From: an uncultured Eubacteriales bacterium | Lineage (GTDB): Bacteria; Actinomycetota; Coriobacteriia; Anaerosomatales; JAAXUF01 | Assembly: GCA_964388455.1 (NCBI GenBank) | Contig: CAYMAN010000010.1 | Location: forward strand, 1,459 to 65,458 | DNA length: 64,000 nt | Reading direction: 5' to 3' | Shown here: piece by piece, positions 6,155 through 14,597 of the stretch | Position numbering within the stretch: position 1 is the stretch's first letter | How the letters are laid out: each line of letters begins with the position of its first letter | Notes under the pieces: generated by a model | Databases searched by the model: none | The model's input: only the letters and a program-made list of their open reading frames with translations | What the model was told of the DNA's origin: nothing | Position numbers and translations under genes: made by a program

Positions 6155-8260
6155 GTGGGTATTGAAGTGCCCCTCCAATCGGAAAGTCCGAGACCGCCGA
6201 ACGCCTGTGCTAGTTTCCACCCCAGCTCGATCCAAGACGCTGAGGTCAGGGAGGTGCACGTGGCTCGGAAGGCCGAAATCTGGCGAGTCGCGTCTACCGG
6301 CGTGGTGGCATGCCTGGCCGCCGCCCTCATCCCGTTAGCTCTCTCCGCCCTCGCCTCTCTCACCCTCGACCGAGCAGCGCACCCCTCGCCGCTGACCACG
6401 TGGGCGCACGCGCCCCTCCCCACCCGCTGGCTGGCCGTCGTCACAAGCCCGTTCACGCTTACCCTCTCACTCCTACTCATCGCCGCAATCGTCACCTGGT
6501 GGGTCTGGATCTCCGGCCACCTTATGCGCGCGCGCTCCAACGGCGCCGGCGTCGTCGTCGGCATCCCACCGGCAGCCGGCCGCGGCGAACACGGCACCTC
6601 CAACCTCATGACCCCCGCCGAACTCGAAGCCTCCGCCGTCACCTGGTCGCCAGGCACGACACCGGCTCCCGGCGTCTCGGGCTTCGTCATCGGCGGCCGT
6701 CCTGCCGAGCGCGGCCGCAAGGAGGCCTACTACCTCTCGGGCTCAGAAGGCCACGTCCTCGTGATCGGCTCCACCGGCTCGGGCAAGACCCGCCGGATCG
6801 TGCTGCCGAGCATCTACGCGCTCGGCGAGCTCGGCGAATCGATGGTCATCCCGGATCCCAAGGGCGAGCTCTACCTCACCACGTGCGAGCACCTCAAAGC
6901 CAAGGGCTACCGCGTCGACACGATCGACCTGCGGGATCCGTCCCGATCGGTCCAGTGGTCGCCGCTGGACCTGATCGTCGACTTGATCTGGTCGGCCGAG
7001 ATCGCACACGCCGAGGACATGGCTCACGAACTCGCCAAGACAATCGTCTCGGCACAGCTTGGCGGGCATGGCGGCAACGAAGCGTTCTGGAATGCCAGCG
7101 CTGAGGCGATCATCGCGGCCACGGCGCTTCTGGTCGCCAGCGAGCCGAAGGCCATCGACCCTCTCTCGCGCAACATGTTCAACGTCTACCGGGCGCTCGG
7201 AACGTACGGCAAGGAGCGAACGGCGATGCGTGCCGGGAGCATGCGGCAAGAGACGATCTATCCCCTCAAGGAGATCATCGAGGGTCTGGACGACCGGCAC
7301 CCGGCAAAGGTCGCCTACCTCGCCGCGAGCCTCGCCACAGGCAACACCGCGTCGAGCATGTACACGACGGCCGCCAATGCGCTGAAGATCTTCAGCAACA
7401 GGAACATGGCCGCGCTCACCGCTCGCTCCGAGCACAACCTGGCCGACGTGGGACTGCGCAAGTCGGCGGTGTTCATCATCACGCCGGACGAGCGAGACGC
7501 CTACAACGTGATGGTCACAATCTACGTGCGGCAGCTCTACCAGGCACTCGTGAAGGCCGCCAACGCCCACGGCGGGCGGCTTCCGGTGCAGGTCAACATC
7601 CTGTTCGAGGAATTCGGCAACATCCCCAAGATCCCGGAGTTCGTCTCCATGCTCACGATGGCCCGCAGCCGAGGGATTCGGCTCCTGATGGTCGTCCAGA
7701 GCATCGAGCAGCTCGAGCGCTACGCCGAGGGACGCGTGGAAGCCGCATCTCTCATCGGCGGCAACTGCTCGGCGATCGTCTACCTCGCCAGCGCGTCGGG
7801 CAAGACGCATCGGCTCATGAGCGACCTGACCGGCACGAAGACGATCATGGTGCGCGACGGCGGGTCCTCTCAGCGCAACAGCGGAGGGCTCGTGGGAGCC
7901 AGCCACACGACTTCGCGCTCCGACAAGCTCACCTCGCGCCCCGTCCTCATGCCCGACGAGATTGCGCGCCTCTCCCCAGAGTTGGACGGCGCGCTTGTGG
8001 TGCGCCGCGGGATGAACGCGGCTCTCTTCCCGGTACCGGATCTCTCGCTGCTCTCAGTCGACGAGGCGTTCGGCCTCGGCGACCCCCAGCACGCAAGCGA
8101 GGTGCGGGCTTCGCGCCAGGACGCGCGCGCCGTCCGCGAGATCGACCTGCCGCCGATCTGGCGCGGCGAAGAGCTCCTGCCCGAAGGACTCAGGCTCATG
8201 GGCCAAGAACGGCCCGGACCGACAAGGATGCCCGCCGATCGTGTGGGCGTTGACAGATGA
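6155..8260 (+). CDS. Type IV secretion coupling protein (VirD4/TraG/TraD family ATPase)
   Basis: N-terminal TM segments. Walker A in VLVIGSTGSGKTRRIVLPS, Walker B-like VFIITPDE, and the conserved FEEFGNIPKIPEF...ARSRGIRLLMVVQSIEQL block. The real start may be the GTG at 6260 (GGGAGG SD 5 nt upstream). Confidence 0.85.
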   Translation: MGIEVPLQSESPRPPNACASFHPSSIQDAEVREVHVARKAEIWRVASTGVVACLAAALIPLALSALASLTLDRAAHPSPLTTWAHAPLPTRWLAVVTSPFTLTLSLLLIAAIVTWWVWISGHLMRARSNGAGVVVGIPPAAGRGEHGTSNLMTPAELEASAVTWSPGTTPAPGVSGFVIGGRPAERGRKEAYYLSGSEGHVLVIGSTGSGKTRRIVLPSIYALGELGESMVIPDPKGELYLTTCEHLKAKGYRVDTIDLRDPSRSVQWSPLDLIVDLIWSAEIAHAEDMAHELAKTIVSAQLGGHGGNEAFWNASAEAIIAATALLVASEPKAIDPLSRNMFNVYRALGTYGKERTAMRAGSMRQETIYPLKEIIEGLDDRHPAKVAYLAASLATGNTASSMYTTAANALKIFSNRNMAALTARSEHNLADVGLRKSAVFIITPDERDAYNVMVTIYVRQLYQALVKAANAHGGRLPVQVNILFEEFGNIPKIPEFVSMLTMARSRGIRLLMVVQSIEQLERYAEGRVEAASLIGGNCSAIVYLASASGKTHRLMSDLTGTKTIMVRDGGSSQRNSGGLVGASHTTSRSDKLTSRPVLMPDEIARLSPELDGALVVRRGMNAALFPVPDLSLLSVDEAFGLGDPQHASEVRASRQDARAVREIDLPPIWRGEELLPEGLRLMGQERPGPTRMPADRVGVDR

Positions 8261-8286
8261 GGGACTCGACAAAGGAGAGTGGAGCG

Positions 8287-8622
8287 ATGAGGGGACTACA
8301 CGAGAAGGGCCGCACCGCACTGGTGGCCGCGACGTTCGCGCTGGCCGCTGCGACGCCGACAGTCGCGCTGGCCGTGACCGACATAACAGGGTTCTTCGCC
8401 AAGGTCGACATGCTCGCCAAGCAGGTACAGACCGGTGTGACGCTGATCTTCGCCACGATCGCGGTCATCGGCGGCGGTGTGCTCATCACCATGGCGGTGC
8501 TTACGCAAGACGAGCACATGCGCCGGCAGCGTTGGCAGCAGTTCTGGGGCCTGCTAGCCCTGTGCATCGCGTTCGCGGTGCTTCCGTGGCTCGTGCCGTT
8601 CCTCATCACGCAGTTCGGCTAG
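8287..8622 (+). CDS. Small secreted/2-TM protein, possible VirB2/TrbC-type pilin analogue
   Basis: AAAGGAGAG SD lies 7 nt before the ATG at 8287. Signal-like LVAATFALAAATPTVALA followed by two hydrophobic helices. Positioned between the coupling protein and the VirB6-like gene. Confidence 0.4.
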   Translation: MRGLHEKGRTALVAATFALAAATPTVALAVTDITGFFAKVDMLAKQVQTGVTLIFATIAVIGGGVLITMAVLTQDEHMRRQRWQQFWGLLALCIAFAVLPWLVPFLITQFG

Positions 8623-8630
8623 AGCCGCTC

Positions 8631-9521
8631 ATGGACACCATCACTGCTTGGTGGAACGGCTGGCTCGTCGGCGTGTTCAGCGGCTTCTTCGACATGATCG
8701 CCAAGGTGCTCATCAGTGTCGGGACACTGTCCGCCGCGCTGATCCACTGGGCTCCCGTCGTCAACGCCATGACCACGGTGCAGGTGTTCGCCACGGCCGT
8801 GCTCGGTCTGAAGGTCGGGCTCGACGTGTATTCGCGCTACATCCTGCAACTCTCCGGCGAGGACGGCGACCCGCTCGACTCGGTGCTCATCCGCGCCGCT
8901 GGGGCGGCCGCGCTCATCTGGTCGATCCCGCTCGCGGTCACGCTGGCCGTCGATGTCGGCAACAAGCTCACGAGCGACGTGCTGACCAACTCGGCAGTCG
9001 GCGCCGTCACGAGCAAGCTCCAGGCGGCCGATGTCATGAAGCGTCTAGTCGCCATCGGCTTGACCGCGGCCAACCCAACGGGCCAGCTCCTCTTGGCTGT
9101 GGTCATGCTCTTCCTCGGCATCGGGCTCGTCGTGATCTTCTTCCAGGTCACGAAACGCTCGGTCGAGCTCGCGATCATGGTGTTCATCGGACCGGTGCTC
9201 GCGCTGAACTTCGCCTCGCCGGACCGCTCCCTGTTCGCGGCGTGGACGCGGCAGCTCCTGACGCTGGCGTTCACGCAGGCCCTGCAGCTCTATCTCCTGA
9301 ACCTCACGATCATCGGCCTTGTGACCGGACTCAAGATCTCAGGGTTCGGAACCGACCCCGTCCATGAGTTCGTCGCGATGATCGGGCTGATGGCCTGCAC
9401 AATCGCGCTGCCGGCGTTCGTCCGGCAGATGACGCACCAGGCCGCGCCGACGGGCGTGGACTCGATGGCGCGCATGGCGACGTTCGAGTTCGCTCGCCTT
9501 GCGGTCGCGAGGGCCGGATAG
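8631..9521 (+). CDS. Polytopic membrane protein, VirB6/TrbL-like
   Basis: Track ORF 8241..9521 trimmed to the ATG at 8631 (MDTITAWWNGW...). At least five or six hydrophobic helices. T4SS gene context. Confidence 0.45.
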   Translation: MDTITAWWNGWLVGVFSGFFDMIAKVLISVGTLSAALIHWAPVVNAMTTVQVFATAVLGLKVGLDVYSRYILQLSGEDGDPLDSVLIRAAGAAALIWSIPLAVTLAVDVGNKLTSDVLTNSAVGAVTSKLQAADVMKRLVAIGLTAANPTGQLLLAVVMLFLGIGLVVIFFQVTKRSVELAIMVFIGPVLALNFASPDRSLFAAWTRQLLTLAFTQALQLYLLNLTIIGLVTGLKISGFGTDPVHEFVAMIGLMACTIALPAFVRQMTHQAAPTGVDSMARMATFEFARLAVARAG

Positions 9522-9523
9522 CC

Positions 9524-9757
9524 GTGGCCCAGCAGACCGCCGCGACCGAGATCATGGGTTGGAGCGCCGCGTTCCTCACGGTGGTCAGCGTCTCGGCGAT
9601 CGCGCGCTCCGGCATCTCGGCGATCAAGGCCGTCCTCTCCCCCGGGGAGACCCGGCCGAGTCTTTGGACGATCGCACGGCCCGTCATAGCCGCGGCCCTG
9701 ATCTCACTCGTCGTCTCAGGCGGCATCCTGGCCGCAATCTCTCAGTTGTTCCGGTAA
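9524..9757 (+). CDS. Small 2-TM membrane protein
   Basis: 77 aa with two hydrophobic helices. GTG start 2 nt after the upstream stop. Confidence 0.4.
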   Translation: MAQQTAATEIMGWSAAFLTVVSVSAIARSGISAIKAVLSPGETRPSLWTIARPVIAAALISLVVSGGILAAISQLFR

Positions 9758-9772
9758 GGGAGGCGGCAAGCA

Positions 9773-10123
9773 ATGGCGACAGCAGAAGAAGAACAGCGCG
9801 AGGGCTATCTGGCCCCATCACGCGTGGCCCTCGGCAAGCAGGTGCTCACGCCCAACGTGCCGAGGCACAACCAGATCTACATGTACTACGTGCTCGGCAC
9901 CGCCCCTCTGGCTGCGATCGTCGCCGCAATTGCCACGCGGGTCGTGTTCGTCGGGCTGCTCGCCGCAGGGCTCTGGATCATGACCGGCTGGGGGCTCGTG
10001 ACCGACTCGGTCGCCGACGTGACCGTGGCCGACTTTCTCAAGAACTCGCTGCGCTGGGTCCGCGAGCCCAAGCGCTACTACCTCAAGATCGAGAAGGGCG
10101 GAATCACCGATGCTCAAAGCTAA
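9773..10123 (+). CDS. Membrane protein, VirB3/PrgI-like by size, topology and position
   Basis: GGGAGG SD before the ATG at 9773. 116 aa with a central hydrophobic hairpin. Sits immediately upstream of, and overlaps, the VirB4-like ORF, as VirB3/PrgI genes do. Confidence 0.4.
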   Translation: MATAEEEQREGYLAPSRVALGKQVLTPNVPRHNQIYMYYVLGTAPLAAIVAAIATRVVFVGLLAAGLWIMTGWGLVTDSVADVTVADFLKNSLRWVREPKRYYLKIEKGGITDAQS

Positions 10124-10701
10124 GATGCCACCGGCCGACACGATGGCGGACCTGATCCCCGTGGCCGACGTGCTCAGATCGACCACGGGCGACTACACGT
10201 TGCTCACTGACGGCACCTACGCCGTGCATCTGCGCGTGCAGCCGCAGGACATGACGCTCAAGGACGCTGGCGGCGTGGCGGCGAACTTCGACGCATTCCA
10301 GGCGGCCTACAACTCACTCACCGTCGGCGTGCGGATCTACATCGGCCCTCGCGCGGCCGACCTCGAGGAGCAGATGAACCACCTGCGCACGCTGATGGAG
10401 CGAGCCGCCACGAGCGGCCGACGCACGCTCATCGCCGACCAGATCGAGTTCGTGGCCGACTTGATGAGCAAAGGCAACGCTGCCGAGCGGGACTTCTTCT
10501 TCATCCTCACGACGCCGCCGACGGCGACCGACCCGCAGCGAAACGACCTCTTCACGGAGGCTCGCAACTTCATCGCCACGCTCGGCACGCGCGGAATCTC
10601 GGCGAACTGGATGAGTGCGTCCGACGTGATCAACACGTTCGTGCGATTCAGTCTGCCCTCCCCTGCCGTCACGCTGCCCTCCGACGACCTGCGGTTTCTT
10701 G
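10110..10701 (+). pseudogene. N-terminal ~195 codons of a VirB4/TrsE/PrgJ-type T4SS ATPase, truncated at the tRNA-Val junction
   Basis: DLIPVADVLRSTTGDYTLLTDGTYAVHLRVQP...ERDFFFILTT...SDVINTFVRF resembles the N-terminal domain of Gram-positive VirB4 homologues. No Walker motifs are present. The ORF runs into the antisense of the tRNA (..LVVGDEGFEPPTSSV*) and stops. Confidence 0.55.
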
Positions 10702-10776
10702 TGGTGGGCGATGAGGGATTCGAACCCCCGACCTCTTCCGTGTAAAGGAAGCACTCTCCCGCTGAGTTAATCGCCC
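10702..10776 (-). tRNA. tRNA-Val (anticodon TAC), CCA encoded
   Basis: Reverse complement folds by hand as GGGCGAT TA ACTC AGCGGGA GAGT G CTTCC TTTACAC GGAAG AGGTC GGGGG TTCGAAT CCCTC ATCGCCC A CCA. All stems pair (one G-U in the T stem). 75 nt. Confidence 0.93.
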
Positions 10777-10994
10777 GATTGTCGCGAAGCTTCCCATGTT
10801 CGCGCGGGACGCCGCTTGCCATTTTAGCAGGGGCCACCGCTCTGTGGGACAGCGAATGCGAGGCCCCGAATTCCGCCCTCTCAGCACTGGCGCGCTAATA
10901 CTCTCCGAGTACGAACGAGGGGCCGCCCAAATCGGGCGACCCCTCATCCTGACGTGGCCGAGAATGACGCGACCGCGTCCGTTCGTGCACCGGA

Positions 10995-13553
10995 CTAGAA
11001 GACCATGTCCGGCTTGGTGAAGTCCGCTGTCATCTTCGAATCCTGAGGCATGGCCATGCAGCCAGTCATCATCAGCGGCACGTCATCGCCGCTGTTGTTG
11101 TACATATCGAGCAGGCCAGCCAGACGCAAGATCTCACTGGTATTACTCGTCTGCAGAGCAAGAATCGTAGCGTCAATCAGCGACATTGTGTTGCCGCCAT
11201 ACATGACGTCGGGAATCGGTGCCCCATTTTCGAGACACGTATTCAGCTCTGCCGCAACGAGCTGGCGCGACGCGATGATCTTAGCCGACGCGAGCTTGCT
11301 GCGCTTGAGTCCTTCGCTCGTCTTAGCAGGCTGGGACCACAGCACGCCCATGACCTCGGGGACGTTGTTGAGCATGCTCCAACCCATGTCCAGCGACCCG
11401 CCACAATCCGCCAGCACTTCAGTCGTGCAGGTGAGGTGAGTCTGCCAGTATCCGACGGTGCGGGTTGCTCCGCCTTGCCGTTCAACTGTCACGGTGACGG
11501 AATCCCGCTCCTGAGCATCAGCCGGGAAGGTGATGTCGTTGCCGAGCGGATCCATGCCGTGGCCAGTGATGGTGTAGGTGGTTGTGTCCACCGGAGTCAC
11601 CGGTAGCAGCCAGGTCCAGGTCTCGCCCACGTTCAGCACGCCTGGGTCGACCGCGTCGCCGGTATGGGCGTCAGCAGCATCAAGCACTGCCACGTCGCCA
11701 TTGTCCCCACCGTCGGCGTCAACATTCACGTACGGGTTCGCGAGATCGACGTCGCCGTCGTTCTCCTCGGTGACCGTCAGTGTTGCCATACCGCTCGGTA
11801 CGATGGTCGTGACATTGGAACCAACGGTCGCGATCGTCGTCGGATGAATGACGAGGATCCGGACTGCATCCCGCTCATCAGCATCAGCCGGGTAGGTGAT
11901 GTCATTGTCGAGCGGATCCATGCCATGACCGGTGGCGGTGTAGGTCGTGGTGTCACCTGGGGTTACCGGTAGCAGCCATGTCCAGGTCTCGCCAACGTTC
12001 AGCACGCCTGGGTCGACCGCGTCGCCGGTATGGGTGTCAGTGGCATCAAGTACTGCCACGTCGCCGTTGTCTCCGCCATCAGCGTCGACATTCACGTACG
12101 GGCTTGTGAGATCGACGTCGCCGTCGTTCTCCTCGGTGACCGTCAGTGTTGCCATGCCGCTGGCTGTGATGGTCGTAAGGTTGGAAGAGATGGTCGTGAC
12201 CGTTGTCGGGCTGTAGACGCTAATCATGACCGCGTCCCGCTCATCAGCATCAGCCGGGAAGGTGATGTCATTATCGAGCGGATCCATGCCGTGACCGGTG
12301 GCGGTGTAGGTCGTGGTGGCAACCGGGGTTACCGGAAGCACCCATGTCCAGGTCTCGCCGACGTTCAGCACGCCGGGGTCGACCGCGTCGCCGGTATGGG
12401 TGTCGGTGGCGTCCAGCACTGCCACGTCGCCGTTGTCTCCGCCATCAGCGTCGACATTGACGTACGGGTTCGTGAGGTCGACGTCACCGTCGTTTTGCTC
12501 GGTGATCGTCAGCGTAGCGGTACCGCTAACGAGGGCCGTTAGGTTGGAATTGATGGATGTGACCGTCGTCGGATGAATGACATCGACGCTGCCCGAATCC
12601 TGCTCTTCGGCGTCGTGAATGACGCCCGCGGCGGTCGGCGGCGGGTCATATGTGACGTCTGCGCCCAACGGATCGAGACCGTGACCAGTCGCGATCAGGT
12701 TCTGATCGGCGGTGGGATTAGTGGTATACGTCCACGTCCATGTCTCGCCGAAGTCCAGAACGCCTGGATTGACGGCATCACCGGTGTGGGTGTCTGCCGC
12801 GTCGAGCACATGTACATCGCCGTCATCATCATTATCAGTACTTGCGTCGACGTTCACGTATGGACTTGTCAGTGGCACAGAGCTCGGACCATCGTTTGTC
12901 TCAGTAACAGTCCATGTGACCAAGCCGCCGGACGCAACCATGGATGGAGCAGCGCCGATGGTTATTTCGGTTCCGGGCATGATCACTGTGTCGATCGTGC
13001 TACCAGACTGCTCAGTGTCCTCAATGACGGTGTTTCCTGTAACCGTCAAGGCTGCAAGCGTGCCGATGTAGTGGCTGCTTGCTCGAATCTGGTAGGTGCC
13101 AGCAACAGGCATCGTCACGTCGGTCGACTCAATCACGTGGCTGAGCACGGGAGTCGCCAGCGGCACGTCGGTGATCGTCGTATCAGAAGAGTCCTTCACC
13201 ACGTAGCGGGTGGACGTCCAAATGTACTTGTAGCCCGGCTTCGTCGTTAGGTCGTCAGAGATGAGGGCCTGCCCGCCGTACGGATCAGACGGAATGTGCA
13301 CGTGCACATCGACCGTACCGGTCGCATCCACAATCGCCTCGTCGCCGGGGTCGGGTGTGATGCTTGGTCCGGTCAGTTGCACCGTGTACTCCACGGTGTC
13401 CCCCACGTGATACTCGCTCTCTGCAGGGCTGAAGATTCCTATGGCGCCTTGGGTTGTGTAGCCGATGGCATACATGGCCATCGCAAACACGGCTACAACT
13501 ACAGCAGCCGCGATAAGCAACCCCCGCACCTTTCGGTTCTTGGTCAGTTTCAT
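10995..13553 (-). CDS. Large N-terminally anchored surface protein with tandem ~122-aa Ig-like/DUF11-like repeats and a distinct C-terminal domain
   Basis: AGGAGG SD before the ATG at 13553. KLTKNRKVRGLLIAAAVVVAVFAMAMYAIG is a signal/anchor. Contains four or more repeats of ..ATLTVTEENDGDVDLT.PYVNVDADGGDNGDVAVLDATDTHTGDAVDPGVLNVGETWTW...TGHGMDPL.NDIT.PADA.ERD. The C-terminal ~190 aa are non-repetitive (GYWQTH...). No LPXTG is seen. Confidence 0.8.
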   Translation of the reverse strand: MKLTKNRKVRGLLIAAAVVVAVFAMAMYAIGYTTQGAIGIFSPAESEYHVGDTVEYTVQLTGPSITPDPGDEAIVDATGTVDVHVHIPSDPYGGQALISDDLTTKPGYKYIWTSTRYVVKDSSDTTITDVPLATPVLSHVIESTDVTMPVAGTYQIRASSHYIGTLAALTVTGNTVIEDTEQSGSTIDTVIMPGTEITIGAAPSMVASGGLVTWTVTETNDGPSSVPLTSPYVNVDASTDNDDDGDVHVLDAADTHTGDAVNPGVLDFGETWTWTYTTNPTADQNLIATGHGLDPLGADVTYDPPPTAAGVIHDAEEQDSGSVDVIHPTTVTSINSNLTALVSGTATLTITEQNDGDVDLTNPYVNVDADGGDNGDVAVLDATDTHTGDAVDPGVLNVGETWTWVLPVTPVATTTYTATGHGMDPLDNDITFPADADERDAVMISVYSPTTVTTISSNLTTITASGMATLTVTEENDGDVDLTSPYVNVDADGGDNGDVAVLDATDTHTGDAVDPGVLNVGETWTWLLPVTPGDTTTYTATGHGMDPLDNDITYPADADERDAVRILVIHPTTIATVGSNVTTIVPSGMATLTVTEENDGDVDLANPYVNVDADGGDNGDVAVLDAADAHTGDAVDPGVLNVGETWTWLLPVTPVDTTTYTITGHGMDPLGNDITFPADAQERDSVTVTVERQGGATRTVGYWQTHLTCTTEVLADCGGSLDMGWSMLNNVPEVMGVLWSQPAKTSEGLKRSKLASAKIIASRQLVAAELNTCLENGAPIPDVMYGGNTMSLIDATILALQTSNTSEILRLAGLLDMYNNSGDDVPLMMTGCMAMPQDSKMTADFTKPDMVF
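11500..12600 (-). repeat. Three near-identical in-frame tandem DNA repeats (period 366-369 bp) inside the surface protein gene
   Basis: Equivalent positions at 11578, 11947 and 12313, with long identical runs such as caggtctcgcc.acgttcagcacgcc.gggtcgaccgcgtcgccggtatggg. More diverged copies continue to about 13000. Confidence 0.85.
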
Positions 13554-14471
13554 CGGTCCTCCTGACTCAGTGAGTGGCTGATCCACTCAATTGAAGCCTG
13601 AGTGCTCGGGGCGGTCTCACCATTCGCTTCTCGCCGACCTTGGTGACCGATTTCGTGCAATTCGGCGGATCTGAGCTTCCCGAACAAAACTGCGTACGAA
13701 TCACGGAGAAGGACGAGGCGGCGATCGACCCACGGCGGAGAGCCAAGACCGCTCAAGCCGTACAATCGAAATCGCCTTGCGGCTATTTTGGGGATTCAGC
13801 GTCAAGACCGTCCGATCTTCGGCTGGGTTTGCGTCGCTTTGCTTACCCTCAACCGCTGAACCTATCCCTGAATCCGAGGGATGAAATGATGCAGGTGGTC
13901 ACAGACGGGCGATAAACGGCACGCGCCCTAGGATGATTTCGCTCATTGGTAGCGCGTAGCGGGATCGTTGCGACCTCGTGATATACGGACGCGCGAACTC
14001 GCGGTGAATCTGAGCTCCCTCGGGTGAAGCTGCATGAGTTGAGGTATTCGACCTCTCTCCTTGCTCAAGATGGATCATGATCTCGCCCTGGCGCTATCTC
14101 AAACCACGCTGGCCATGGCTCTGAAGACATGACCAATCACTACACCCACATCGATGAACCCACTCGGGTGTTGCTGGCTCAGACTCTCGAAGATGCGCAT
14201 TCCGCCGCGGTCTCATCGCTAGCGGCTTCTGCGGAAGGGTAGGGCATCTGGCCCGAGCGACAGACGACCCTCACCGGCAGTCTTGGTGGGGGTCGTCATC
14301 GTTGCATGCACTTGGCATCTGATGAATCCCATTGCCACCATATCTGGCAGCTTCGTACATGGATTCGTGGGAAGGCACGTGGGAAATGATGGGGCGAGAC
14401 ACCACGCAAGAGAGCGGTTCACATAGGCTGAAATGCGGTTTCTCTAAGATCAGCGCAGCCTGACTGCGTTA

Positions 14472-14509
14472 GTGTAAAGGAAGCACTCTCACGCTGAGTT
14501 AATCACCCG
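14472..14509 (-). pseudogene. Orphan copy of the 5-prime half of tRNA-Val (acceptor 5-prime strand to anticodon loop)
   Basis: gtgtaaaggaagcactctcAcgctgagttaatcAcccg matches 10739-10776 plus one 5-prime flanking base (10777) with two mismatches. Similarity ends just past the anticodon loop. No 3-prime half follows. Confidence 0.75.
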
Positions 14510-14597
14510 TGCGCCGTAATCTACGTTGCGCGAGGCACCAGTCTGCACGACTCCATCTCCCCCAACGACCCCGTCACACCTATCAGCGCGCCGAAGC

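Noticed and set aside
6022-7906. Long minus-strand ORFs (6022..6720, 6743..7906) and other long antisense or overlapping ORFs in the track, for example 31941..33530, 33527..35038, 42124..43548, 45137..46156 and 63051..63959.
   Set aside because: They lie antisense to, or out of frame with, genes that show clear family motifs. They are Arg/Ala/Gly/Pro-rich low-complexity translations typical of spurious ORFs in GC-rich DNA, and they lack SD sequences.
11500-13000. A regularly spaced repeat pattern that could be mistaken for a CRISPR array.
   Set aside because: The period is 366-369 bp with no short repeat/spacer alternation. The repeats are in frame inside one long ORF and encode protein domains. 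No cas genes are present.
13550-13765. A 71-aa ORF with an HEIGH motif as a real metalloprotease gene.
   Set aside because: It is far too short for any HEXXH protease fold. It overlaps the adhesin start and SD, and nothing else in it is recognisable. It is kept only as a possible decayed remnant.
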